Shown here: one piece after another, positions 52,742 to 62,158 of the stretch | Position numbering within the stretch: the stretch's first letter is position 1 | How the letters are laid out: each line of letters starts with the position of its first letter | Source of the DNA: an uncultured Chloroflexia bacterium | GTDB taxonomy: Bacteria > Chloroflexota > Anaerolineae > Anaerolineales > Villigracilaceae | DNA: 64,000 nucleotides | Direction of reading: 5' to 3' | NCBI GenBank assembly: GCA_963840265.1 | Contig: CAWIYA010000002.1 | Coordinates: forward strand, 612,289 to 676,288 | Made by a program: the position numbers and the translations under genes | The notes under the pieces: model-generated | Seen by the model: only the letters and a program-made list of their open reading frames with translations | The model's database searches: none | Told to the model about the DNA's origin: nothing

Positions 52742-53835
52742 TGGGTCACCTCTGGTTTGCAGGCAACTTCCGTCTTTGGATTAAAGAAGCGTACCATTTG
52801 GGGGTTAATGTCAAAATGTACCAAGGTATCAATGGGATAGGAGATCACACGATCCGTGCGGATATGGATAATATCGTTCTCATTGATCGTCAGGTGAAGG
52901 ACAGCAGAGGAACCCTGCATCTCGCTGGCATACACTTTACCTACCAATTTACCCCGATCATTGATCTGGGCAGCTTCGGGCCGAAAACCGACAATGATCT
53001 CGCTCCCACCATCCAGGCCTTTGATTAATGAACTTTGCCATCTTTGCGGAACATCATAGCGATTATCCAAGCCAGCCATTTGAATGACTCTATCGGAATA
53101 TTTGCCAGAGATAAGATTCATGCCCGGACTGCCAATGAAACGCGCCACAAACAAGTTGGCAGGATTATTGTAAACCTCAGACGGGGTGCCGATTTGCTGG
53201 ATTGCAGCTTCGGACATAACCACAATGCGATCACCCATTGCCATGGCCTCAACTTGGTCATGCGTAACGTATACCGTGGTGGCACGTTGAAGAACATGCA
53301 GGCGTTTAATTTCAGAGCGCATCGACTCGCGAAAGTCAGCGTCGAGAGCTCCCAACGGTTCATCCATTAAGAATGCTGCTGGTCTGCGCACCAACGCGCG
53401 CGCAAGCGCAACACGCTGCTGATCTCCGCCGCTTAACTGACCAGGGTGCGCCTTGAGCACATGCTCGATCTGCAGCAATTTCACCACCTCATCGACACGC
53501 TTTTCCACTGTCTCGTGTGATTCTCCCTGCGCCTGGAGGGGGAAAGCGATATTTTGACGGGCGGTAAGGTGGGGGTAAAGTGCATAGAATTGGAAAACAA
53601 AAGCGATATCCCGTTCAGCGGGATGCAGCCAGGTTACATTTCGCCCATTCAGCCATATCGTCCCCCCCGAGACTGTCTCCAGCCCGGAGATCATGCGCAA
53701 GGTGGTGGTCTTGCCGCAACCGGATGGACCCAGCAGGACGATAAACTCCCCATCCTGGATGGTCAGATCCAGCGGCTTTACAGCGTGAAGGTCGCCAAAT
53801 TTTTTTTCGACTTGCCGGAGTTCAATCGTGGACAT
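52738..53835 (-). CDS. ABC transporter ATP-binding protein (MalK/UgpC-like), copy A
   Basis: 365 aa. It has GPSGCGKTT, LSGGDQQR, FLMDEP and a C-terminal TOBE-like domain. It overlaps the next ATPase gene by 4 nt. Confidence 0.9.
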   Translation of the reverse strand: MSTIELRQVEKKFGDLHAVKPLDLTIQDGEFIVLLGPSGCGKTTTLRMISGLETVSGGTIWLNGRNVTWLHPAERDIAFVFQFYALYPHLTARQNIAFPLQAQGESHETVEKRVDEVVKLLQIEHVLKAHPGQLSGGDQQRVALARALVRRPAAFLMDEPLGALDADFRESMRSEIKRLHVLQRATTVYVTHDQVEAMAMGDRIVVMSEAAIQQIGTPSEVYNNPANLFVARFIGSPGMNLISGKYSDRVIQMAGLDNRYDVPQRWQSSLIKGLDGGSEIIVGFRPEAAQINDRGKLVGKVYASEMQGSSAVLHLTINENDIIHIRTDRVISYPIDTLVHFDINPQMVRFFNPKTEVACKPEVTQ

Positions 53836-53862
53836 AATCAGTTTCCATTTATATTGAATAAT

Positions 53863-54861
53863 TTACTTGCGGACAGCGCCAAAGGTAACGCCGCGCAATA
53901 AGTAATTCCGCAGTGCGAACGTGACGATCACTACGGGGATCAGGAAGCCCAGGCTTCCAGCAGCTATCGCTGACCATTCCAGGCCGCCGCTTCCAAGCAT
54001 CGTGGCAATACTGGGTGGTGCCGTGCGTGCCTTGTCGCTGGTGAGCATGAGCGCAAAGGCATACTCATTCCACGCAAAGATCAGACAAAAGACAGTCGTT
54101 GCGGCGATCCCGTTCACAGCCTGGGGCAGGACAATCCTAAAGAATGCCTGCAGGCGGGTATAGCCATCCACCAGGGCAGCCTCTTCATACTCGACCGGGA
54201 TCTCGTCAATGAACCCTTTAAGCAACCAGACTGAAAAGGAGAGGTTAAAAACGGTATATAGAATGATCATCCCAATATGCGTATCGTTCCATCCCAACTG
54301 TTTGTACAACAGAAAAAGCGGAATGGTTACCACAACTCCTGGCAACATGCGAGTACTCAGAATAAAGAATAACAAGTCATCTTTTCCTGCAATTTTGAAA
54401 CGACTGAAAGCATAAGCGGCAAACAATCCCAGAATCACTGAAAGGATCGTCGAAGTGCCGGCAATGATCACAGAGTTTTTCAACCGATTCACATAGTCAC
54501 TGGTACCTGTGATCTGCTGCCCATTCGCAAGTGCAAGCCGTTCCCAATAGCCCAAATTTCCTGGATTGGCTTGCGCAGCTGTCAGGTTGGCTGGAGAAAG
54601 CAAGGCGCGGTCAGTAAACAGGTAAAGGAAACCCTCCAGGGTGGGGTGAAAGAATACTTTGGGGGGTGGGGTGGTGATCGTGGCGCGGGATTTGAAGGCA
54701 GTCATGACCATCACGATGACGGGAATCAACATGATGAAGGTCACGATCACGACGATGACCACCCTTATGGATCTTCCCAACTTGGCACGCGGGTGAACCT
54801 TGTCAACTCGGGTTGGTTCGACAACAGGCATTCGGGGACCAGTTTCTTCAAAGTGAGCCAT
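53863..54861 (-). CDS. carbohydrate ABC transporter permease (MalG-like)
   Basis: 332 aa. The EAA loop is EEAALVDGYTRLQAFFRIVLP. Confidence 0.85.
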   Translation of the reverse strand: MAHFEETGPRMPVVEPTRVDKVHPRAKLGRSIRVVIVVIVTFIMLIPVIVMVMTAFKSRATITTPPPKVFFHPTLEGFLYLFTDRALLSPANLTAAQANPGNLGYWERLALANGQQITGTSDYVNRLKNSVIIAGTSTILSVILGLFAAYAFSRFKIAGKDDLLFFILSTRMLPGVVVTIPLFLLYKQLGWNDTHIGMIILYTVFNLSFSVWLLKGFIDEIPVEYEEAALVDGYTRLQAFFRIVLPQAVNGIAATTVFCLIFAWNEYAFALMLTSDKARTAPPSIATMLGSGGLEWSAIAAGSLGFLIPVVIVTFALRNYLLRGVTFGAVRK

Positions 54862-54864
54862 GGC

Positions 54865-55818
54865 TTAACCCTCCCCTTTGCTTTGATTGAGGTACTTGAT
54901 ATACAAGTTGCTGACTGCAATAATGATGATCAGGATGATATATGCCAGCGCGCTGGCAGGGCCGGTGCGGAATTGCCCCAGGAAGGCGATGCGGTAAATG
55001 TCGACGGAAATCAATTCCGTCTGGACACCCGGTCCCCCACCGGTCATGCCCATCACCAGGTCAAATGATTTAAATGCCTCGATGGTACGAAAAAGGATGG
55101 CGATCAATAATAAGGGTGCAACCTGCGGCAAGGTAATGCGCCAGAATTGGAACCACGAACTGGCGCGGTCAACAGCAGCAGCTTCGTACAGGTAGTCAGG
55201 AATTGCTTTTAAACCTGAGAGAACCAATAACATTACGAACGGTGCCCACATCCATACATCCACAATCACCACGGCAATTAAAGCCAAGCCAGGAACCGGG
55301 TGACCGCCAATCCGGCTGGCCAGCCAATCTGGGGATTTGGATGGGTCACTCAAGCCAAGCAGGGCATTAAAAAAACCGAAGGTGGGGTTGTACATCAATT
55401 TCCAAAATAAACCCACGACCACCGGTGAGATCATCATGGGTATCAGGATCAGCGTTGTTAAAATACCGCCGCCCTTGAATTTTTCGCGCACCAGCATTGC
55501 CAGGCTAAAACCCACGAGAACCTGGAGGGTGACCGACATCAAGGCATAACGTCCAGTGGTAGCGAAATATTGCCATAAATTCTTATCATTCAGGATATTA
55601 TTGAAGTTCTGGAAGGCTACCCATACCGGGGCCTTTTGTGCAATTGCGGAGTAATTGGTGAAGCCAAGATACAGGCTGTAAAACAATGGGAAGACGTTCA
55701 TCGCGATCAGGAGCAATAGCGTCGGCCAGATGAACAGGTTGACAATCGCCCGATTGCTGAGATGGCGCTGGCGAACTTTGGGACTTGGACCTCTCAATTG
55801 AGATTCACTCACAGACAT
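54865..55818 (-). CDS. carbohydrate ABC transporter permease (MalF-like)
   Basis: 317 aa. The EAA loop is YEAAAVDRASSWFQFWRITLP. Confidence 0.85.
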   Translation of the reverse strand: MSVSESQLRGPSPKVRQRHLSNRAIVNLFIWPTLLLLIAMNVFPLFYSLYLGFTNYSAIAQKAPVWVAFQNFNNILNDKNLWQYFATTGRYALMSVTLQVLVGFSLAMLVREKFKGGGILTTLILIPMMISPVVVGLFWKLMYNPTFGFFNALLGLSDPSKSPDWLASRIGGHPVPGLALIAVVIVDVWMWAPFVMLLVLSGLKAIPDYLYEAAAVDRASSWFQFWRITLPQVAPLLLIAILFRTIEAFKSFDLVMGMTGGGPGVQTELISVDIYRIAFLGQFRTGPASALAYIILIIIIAVSNLYIKYLNQSKGEG

Positions 55819-55848
55819 AATCCTGCCTCTTTCTTGGCGGCTTTTGTT

Positions 55849-55874
55849 GGGGAGGCGGCTTCCGCCGCCTCCCC
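55849..55874 (-). other. intercistronic GC-rich stem-loop between the binding-protein and permease genes
   Basis: Perfect 11-bp stem GGGGAGGCGGC/GCCGCCTCCCC with a TTCC/GGAA tetraloop and no T-run. Confidence 0.65.
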
Positions 55875-55913
55875 ATTTAGTTATTAAAAGGTTACTTAAG
55901 TAGCAATGTCGGC

Positions 55914-57314
55914 TTAGGGGATGACACCATCTGCTTTCAACGCAGCGGTCTGTTCGCGGGCGATGTTATCCAAGGCCTCTTTTGCTGTGCCTTGTCCACC
56001 AACAACAAAGGCGCTCAAATAATTTTGCGAGGGAGTAAGCAGCGCAGCGTAGGTTGGGATGTTCCAGAAGTCCATGACGAAGGTCATGGTCTCGGAGAAG
56101 GCCGGGTTGTAAGGCGTTGCATTCATGAACGTGTCGCTCTTGAGCACGTTCGAGTTGCAGGTATAGCCTCCAAGCTTGGCCCATTCCAACTGGATACTTT
56201 CCTGTGCAAACCACTTGATGAAGTCAAGGGATGCCTGCTGGCGTTCAGGACTGACAAAGGAGATGACACTTAGGCCCTGACCACCGAGAGCTGCAGCGCG
56301 TTTTCCGCCTGGGCCAGCAGGATTGGCGAAGAAACCGGTACCAGCTGCAAAGGGGTTGGTGCCTGCATTGGCAAGCGCCGGAAGGAAGGCGAAGTAGTTC
56401 ATGGTCATCGCCACCTGGCCACCAATGAAGGCGTCATTGGTTTCAGTGTAGAAGGCGTTGTTCAAGCCGGGCGCCTGGCAGCAATCGTACAGGTCTTTGT
56501 AGTACTGCAGAGCACTAACCATATCAGGAGAGTTAACCACACCCTCGACGGTATTATCTGCAGCCTGCCACGCACCGCCCCAGGAGAACATCACGTTCTC
56601 AAAACCCATCGTGATGGCATCATAATCTTTCTGGGTATAGATTGCCACACCGTTCATGCTTCTGTCCGGTTTGGTAAAGAATTTGGCGATGTCCATCAAT
56701 TGAGCCCAGGTAGTCGGAACGGCGAGATCATAGCCGTATTGGGTCTTGAAGGCAGCCATATTGGCAGGATCCTCAAAGAGATCCTTGCGATAAGCCCAGC
56801 CATCGGCGTCACCTTCGGTCGGGTAGCCATAATACTTGCCAGAGCCAGCCGGATATTCGCCGTAGTACTTCAGGGTGGCAGGTGTGACGGTCTTGTCGAT
56901 CCCATTGCTCTTCATGAAGTCGGTCAGGTCAACATAGTACCCTGCGGTCGCGCCCTGGCCAATCCACTGGCTGTCACCAACGACCATATCCCATGCGTCA
57001 CCGCCGGCAGCCATTTCGACGTTGAACCGGTCACCGAACGAACCCCAAGGTTCTTGAATGATGTTAACCTTGATGCCGGTTGCTGCCTCGTACATGTTGC
57101 CGATCTGCTGCAAGTAGTCTGCCGGGGACCACTGTGCCCACAAGATATTCAATTCTTTGACGGAAGAGGCAGCAGGCGGTGTTGTTGGTTGAGCAGCCGG
57201 CGGTTGAGTTGCGCCTCCAACGGGCGGCACAGTCGTAGCTGTAGCAGCAGGACCGCAGGCTGATAAAACCATTACCAGGATAAGCGTCAGTGCAAATGCA
57301 TATTTCTTAAACAT
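55914..57314 (-). CDS. extracellular solute-binding lipoprotein (CUT1 sugar ABC family)
   Basis: 466 aa. The lipobox is VLSAC, followed by a Pro/Thr/Ala linker and a family-1 SBP body. Confidence 0.85.
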   Translation of the reverse strand: MFKKYAFALTLILVMVLSACGPAATATTVPPVGGATQPPAAQPTTPPAASSVKELNILWAQWSPADYLQQIGNMYEAATGIKVNIIQEPWGSFGDRFNVEMAAGGDAWDMVVGDSQWIGQGATAGYYVDLTDFMKSNGIDKTVTPATLKYYGEYPAGSGKYYGYPTEGDADGWAYRKDLFEDPANMAAFKTQYGYDLAVPTTWAQLMDIAKFFTKPDRSMNGVAIYTQKDYDAITMGFENVMFSWGGAWQAADNTVEGVVNSPDMVSALQYYKDLYDCCQAPGLNNAFYTETNDAFIGGQVAMTMNYFAFLPALANAGTNPFAAGTGFFANPAGPGGKRAAALGGQGLSVISFVSPERQQASLDFIKWFAQESIQLEWAKLGGYTCNSNVLKSDTFMNATPYNPAFSETMTFVMDFWNIPTYAALLTPSQNYLSAFVVGGQGTAKEALDNIAREQTAALKADGVIP

Positions 57315-57472
57315 GTTTTATTTTCTCCTCTTGAATTGTGAAAGGGGTTATAGAACAAGAATTTGTGGGCTATTGGTTTAATTTATTTTCGTTCACCTCC
57401 TTATAGGAGAACACTTCATAACTTGATTGGTATTTGCGGCCAACTAAATTGGCACAAAAAGAAGAATATTGC

Positions 57473-58717
57473 TTACGAAACAAGCGCGCCCACAATATCA
57501 GGTTGCGCCAGGATCGCTTGGTAGACCGCCGCGACGCCTCCCATCACACAGGCGTCAGAGGCATGGCGAGCCAACACCAATTGCATGGCTTCACGATTCC
57601 ATTTCAAGGCACGCTGCTCCACTTCCTTTTTTATAACGGGCATCAAAAAATCACCCGCCAGGCTGAGGATCCCGCCGAACACGACAAGTTCAGGGTTCAG
57701 GGCATTCACCAGGGAGGCAATGCCAATCCCCAGGTGACGTCCGATGATCTCCAATGCATCCAGGGCAACAGCATCTCCAGCACGAGCCGCCTCCACGATA
57801 AATGGAACAGTCAAGGAATCCCGACTCCCGCCAGTCATTTCATACAACTTGCTGACCTCGCCTTGAGCGATACGTCTCCAAACGTGGCGAAAAAGCACAT
57901 CCTGGCTCACTTGGGTTTCCCAACAACCCTGATTACCGCACTTACAGATCTCCCCATCCGGGTCTAATGTCATGTGCCCAAACTCTGCGCTGACGCCGGA
58001 TGCTCCGCTGAACATTCGGCCTGCATGTACAATCCCTCCACCCAAGCCAACACCTGCGCTTATATAAAGCACTTCTTCAAATCCCTGTGCTGCACCAAAG
58101 TAATGCTCTCCCAGGGCAGCAATATTTGCCTCGTTGTCAACAAACAGGGGCACATTGAATGATTTCTGAATGATGGAGCGTATGGGAAGATCCTTCCACC
58201 CTAGGTTGGGGGCAAACAACAATGCTCCTGTCGCCTGGTCGACCAGTCCAGGGACTCCAACTGAGATACCCAGCAATGGTCCACATGAAGAACAGCCCGC
58301 CTCAATTGCCCGATTCAAAATAACCAGCATCCGATCAAGAATCGCATGCTGGCTTAGAGTTCGATCAAATTGCTCCTGATAGCGCCAAATGGTCTTTGGG
58401 GAGAAATCTGTACAAATTACCAGAATAAAATATGTCCCGATTTCGCAACTGACAATAAATCCCGCAGTGGGGTTTAATTTTAATAAAATCGCGGGGCGCC
58501 CCGAACTGGGGGAAGCAAGGCCAATTTCTTCCACAAATTGTCTCTCAATCAATTCATTCACCAGGCTTGAAACCGTTGTCTTGTTCAACCCCGTGGTTTC
58601 CGCAAGAGCAGCCCGCGAGATTGGCGCGTATGTTCGCAAGTGATTCATAATCACCGAAAGGTTGATTTCGCGAACTAGGGCTTGATCACCGGTGCGATAT
58701 TGGTTTTGAGTAACCAT
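57473..58717 (-). CDS. ROK-family transcriptional regulator
   Basis: 414 aa. It has an N-terminal winged HTH (ISRAALAETTGLNKTTVSSLVNEL), a ROK sugar-kinase-like body, and the Zn motif CKCGNQGCWE. Confidence 0.85.
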   Translation of the reverse strand: MVTQNQYRTGDQALVREINLSVIMNHLRTYAPISRAALAETTGLNKTTVSSLVNELIERQFVEEIGLASPSSGRPAILLKLNPTAGFIVSCEIGTYFILVICTDFSPKTIWRYQEQFDRTLSQHAILDRMLVILNRAIEAGCSSCGPLLGISVGVPGLVDQATGALLFAPNLGWKDLPIRSIIQKSFNVPLFVDNEANIAALGEHYFGAAQGFEEVLYISAGVGLGGGIVHAGRMFSGASGVSAEFGHMTLDPDGEICKCGNQGCWETQVSQDVLFRHVWRRIAQGEVSKLYEMTGGSRDSLTVPFIVEAARAGDAVALDALEIIGRHLGIGIASLVNALNPELVVFGGILSLAGDFLMPVIKKEVEQRALKWNREAMQLVLARHASDACVMGGVAAVYQAILAQPDIVGALVS

Positions 58718-59085
58718 GTAGGATGCAGGAATTTATCAGTTTTGTTCAACAACAGGGGGGATAGTTGGTTGTACCAACAAACTAATTGTACAAGAGAATT
58801 TGGAAAAGTCAAGTGGTAATTAGTCATTTCCAAAACATTCTGCACAACGGTTTGTGACAAATTGCGGGGTTTGATTCCATCCTTATCATATAGAGATGTT
58901 TCTGATCCGTCACTTATTAAATCAAATGCGAATACTACTTTATGCATCGGCTAATTTCTTTCTTTTTTTGTTTTTTTTAATGTCGTCAAATATGTCAAGG
59001 TTGACCTTGGAAAACGCACACAACCTCGCAGTAATGGTTGACTTCCTTACATAATCATGATTAATTTATTAATACATCTTGAAGA

Positions 59086-59114
59086 TTGACACTTGCCACA
59101 TTGGATGGTATCGT
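59086..59114 (+). promoter_or_regulatory. candidate sigma-70-type promoter of the plus-strand operon
   Basis: TTGACA, a 17-nt spacer, then TATCGT. It lies about 110 nt upstream of ATG 59227. This is a sequence match only. Confidence 0.4.
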
Positions 59115-59226
59115 AGCAAATGTCGAGTAAATCCCATTGGAGGACTGCATCTTAACGAGGATTCTTTCAAGTTTTATGAAAGCAGTCCACCCCAGATCCT
59201 CTTCCCCCTGAAAGGAGATTAATACC

Positions 59227-60057
59227 ATGATCAAGATCGGCATTAATACTGACAACTGGCGGCATGCGGACAAACCGGTTGAATATTGCTTTGAGAAGAT
59301 TGTCCAGCAAGGTGTGGAGTATTGCGAATTAGAGGCTGTAGGCGGCGCGGAGTTCTTCACTGGCCTCGGATTTGCACCCTTCATTCCTTTGGATAGCGAC
59401 CCACTCGAACTACGCAAGAAACTTGAAAAGCATGGCTTGAAGGTCTCGGAATTCGACGTTTCCTTTCCCATCAACCGCTGGGAGTGCATCGACTTTATCC
59501 GCCGGGGCATAATCTTTGCCGGTCTGCTCGGCTGCCGTAAAGTGGATACCACTGATGGAGCGCAAAAACTTCCCGGCTTGTCAGACAAAGAACAACTGGA
59601 CCGCATCCGCTATCACTTGTCCCAATGCGTTTCGGTTGCAGAGAATCACAAGGTGATTATCAACGTTGAACCGCATGGACCCTACACTAATAATGTCGAG
59701 ACCCTTTTGGGAATCGTCGAGCCATTCCAATCCGAATATGTGCAGATCAATTTCGATACCGGGAATACTTTCATCGCCGGCAACGACCCGCTCACCTTTC
59801 TGAAGGGTGTGCGCAAGTATGTAAATCATGTGCATTGTAAGGATGTTAGCAAGGGTTTGGCAGACGCGGTGCGAGGCAAAGATACCGGTATCTCGGCCTC
59901 GGTGGTGCCCATCGGCCAGGGAGTAAATGCATCCAACATTGCCTCCTGCATCCAGTATCTGAAGGAAACAAACTGGGACGGAGTCTTCTCCATCGAAAGC
60001 GACGGCGAAGAGAACATTAAACCCTCAGTCGAGTGGCTGAGGAAACAGATCGGATAA
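59227..60057 (+). CDS. xylose isomerase-like TIM-barrel protein
   Basis: 276 aa with an AP_endonuc_2 pattern (INVEPHG, NFDTGN, HCKD). A GGAG RBS lies upstream. Confidence 0.8.
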   Translation: MIKIGINTDNWRHADKPVEYCFEKIVQQGVEYCELEAVGGAEFFTGLGFAPFIPLDSDPLELRKKLEKHGLKVSEFDVSFPINRWECIDFIRRGIIFAGLLGCRKVDTTDGAQKLPGLSDKEQLDRIRYHLSQCVSVAENHKVIINVEPHGPYTNNVETLLGIVEPFQSEYVQINFDTGNTFIAGNDPLTFLKGVRKYVNHVHCKDVSKGLADAVRGKDTGISASVVPIGQGVNASNIASCIQYLKETNWDGVFSIESDGEENIKPSVEWLRKQIG

Positions 60058-60070
60058 GGAGAACCAGGCA

Positions 60071-61291
60071 ATGAGTGGAAAAACCATCATCGTTCTCGCG
60101 ACTCTTGATACAAAAGGGCGCGAGGCACAGTATCTGCGCGAGCAGATTAAGAAACTTGGCGATAAGGCACTGGTGATGGACACGGGCGTGACCGGTTCTC
60201 CCGGTACTCGGCCTGACGTTACCCGCGAAGAAGTGGCTGAGGCTGGCGGGATGTCGCTGGCAAAAATCCTGGAACACCCATCTCGAGATGTTGCTGCGCC
60301 AGTGATGGCGGAGGGGGCAACCAAGATCGTCACCAGGCTTGCCGTAGAAGGTAAGGTCCACGGCATCGTGGCAATGGGCGGAACGCAGGGAACCACGCTC
60401 AGCACACGGGTGATGCGCGCACTCCCATACGGATTCCCGAAAGTGATGGTGTCCACCATGGCTTCCGGTAACGTCGCCCCGTGGGTGGACATCCGGGACA
60501 TCACCATGATGTTTTCAGTCACCGATATCATGGGATTAAACCCGGTAATGCGCAAGATTCTTGCGAACGCTGCCGGGGCGGTATGCGGCATGGCTGCGGT
60601 GGAAGTTAAGCTCGAAAAGAAAGAGAAACCACTTGTTGCTATTACCACGGTAGGCATTACCACACAGGGAGCTATGAAAGCTGCCGAAGTGCTGGAGGCT
60701 GCCGGTTTTGAGACCATCACATTCCATGCCATAGGTCCAGGCGGCCGAGCCATGGAACAAATGATGAAGGAAGGTCTCATAAGCGCAGTGCTGGACTATT
60801 CCATCATCGAAGTGTCCAATGAGATGCACCATGCCCTGCTTGCGGGCGGTCCTGACCGGCTGACAACCGCAGGTAAATTAGGCCTTCCGCAAGTGTTGTG
60901 CCCAGGTGCAATTGAGGTACTGGTATACAACGAACCAGAAACGGTGCCTCCGCCGTTTAACTCGCGCACTCTTATCCGGCACAGCCCGCAGATCACCGAT
61001 GTGCGCCTGAACAAAGAGGAGATGGCAGAGGTGGGCAAGGAAGTTGCCCGCCGGTTAAAACATACAAAAGGCGATGCTGTCTTCCTCATCCCAACCGCCG
61101 GCTACGACAGTTACGCTGTCAAAGGCATGGGCTTTTTCGACCCCCAGGCTGACCAAGCGTTCGTGGATGCCTTGAAGAAGGACCTGCCGAAGAACATCCG
61201 TATAATTGAGCGGGACACTCACATCGAAGACCCGGCGTTTGCAGTGGAAGCTGCCGAGATGCTGATTGAGTTAATCCGTGCCAAGGGATAG
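60071..61291 (+). CDS. Tm-1-like ATP-binding protein (UPF0261 family), copy 3
   Basis: 406 aa. It has IIVLATLDTKGREAQYLRE and MGGTQGTT. Confidence 0.75.
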   Translation: MSGKTIIVLATLDTKGREAQYLREQIKKLGDKALVMDTGVTGSPGTRPDVTREEVAEAGGMSLAKILEHPSRDVAAPVMAEGATKIVTRLAVEGKVHGIVAMGGTQGTTLSTRVMRALPYGFPKVMVSTMASGNVAPWVDIRDITMMFSVTDIMGLNPVMRKILANAAGAVCGMAAVEVKLEKKEKPLVAITTVGITTQGAMKAAEVLEAAGFETITFHAIGPGGRAMEQMMKEGLISAVLDYSIIEVSNEMHHALLAGGPDRLTTAGKLGLPQVLCPGAIEVLVYNEPETVPPPFNSRTLIRHSPQITDVRLNKEEMAEVGKEVARRLKHTKGDAVFLIPTAGYDSYAVKGMGFFDPQADQAFVDALKKDLPKNIRIIERDTHIEDPAFAVEAAEMLIELIRAKG

Positions 61292-61300
61292 GAGGACTTA

Positions 61301-62158
61301 ATGGCCAAACAGTACACTCGCCAACAATTTCTCGACCGCCTTTGGAACGAGATCAAGCGCGGTAAACCACTGGTAATGACCGGCGCAGGCAACGGCATCG
61401 GAGCCAAGTTCATCGAACGTGGAGGCGTGGACATACTGGGCGTGTATAACACAGGTTACTTCCGCATGCAGGGATATGGCTCCCTGGCTGGCATGCTGCC
61501 CATGGCTGACGCCAATGAAATGGTCTACCAGATTGGCAAACGGGAGGTTCTGCCGCAGGTCAAGGAAACCCCGGTCATCGCAGGGCTTAATGGCGTGGAC
61601 GTCCTGCGCGACATGCGATTATTTCTCGAAGATATCCGACATATCGGCTATTCGGGCGTGCATAACTTTCCTACCGTGGCCTGGTTTGACGGTGACTTCC
61701 GCAAAACGTTGGAAGGAACAGGATTGGGCTATCAGCACGAGATTAACATGCTCAACTATGCCCATGAGTTGGACCTGTTAACCATCGGCTACGCCTTCAA
61801 CGAAGTTGACGCTGAACGTTTGATGCGCGAGGCTGCACCAGACATCTTCATCTATCACGCCGGCATCACCCGCGGCGGCTCCACCGGCTACAGCGCCAGC
61901 CAGGGACTTGAGGACATGGCGAAGCGCAGCCAGTCACATTATGCACTAGCCAGGATGTTGAAACCCGATGTGATCCTCCTTGCCCACGGTGCGGCGCTGG
62001 TAAACCCTGAAGACGCTCAATATATGCTTGACAATACCGATTGCCATGGAATCCAATTGGGGTCGAGCATCGAGCGCATGGCAGTTGAAGTTCCGCTGCA
62101 GGAGCGCGCGGCTTCGTTCAAGGGTGTGCATTATCCTGAAGGTGTGAAACGCTGGTGA
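61301..62158 (+). CDS. phosphoenolpyruvate hydrolase-like TIM-barrel protein (PF09370 type), copy 2
   Basis: 285 aa. TGAGNGIGAKFIERGGVDILGVYNTGYFRMQGYGSLAG is paralogous to 28057..28890. Confidence 0.7.
   Translation: MAKQYTRQQFLDRLWNEIKRGKPLVMTGAGNGIGAKFIERGGVDILGVYNTGYFRMQGYGSLAGMLPMADANEMVYQIGKREVLPQVKETPVIAGLNGVDVLRDMRLFLEDIRHIGYSGVHNFPTVAWFDGDFRKTLEGTGLGYQHEINMLNYAHELDLLTIGYAFNEVDAERLMREAAPDIFIYHAGITRGGSTGYSASQGLEDMAKRSQSHYALARMLKPDVILLAHGAALVNPEDAQYMLDNTDCHGIQLGSSIERMAVEVPLQERAASFKGVHYPEGVKRW

Noticed and set aside
59061-59606. A 181-aa minus-strand ORF spanning the divergent intergenic region and the start of 59227..60057. A second ORF of 90 aa lies at 58675..58947.
   Set aside because: They overlap a supported CDS or AT-rich promoter DNA, their composition is Ser/Pro-rich, and they have no RBS.
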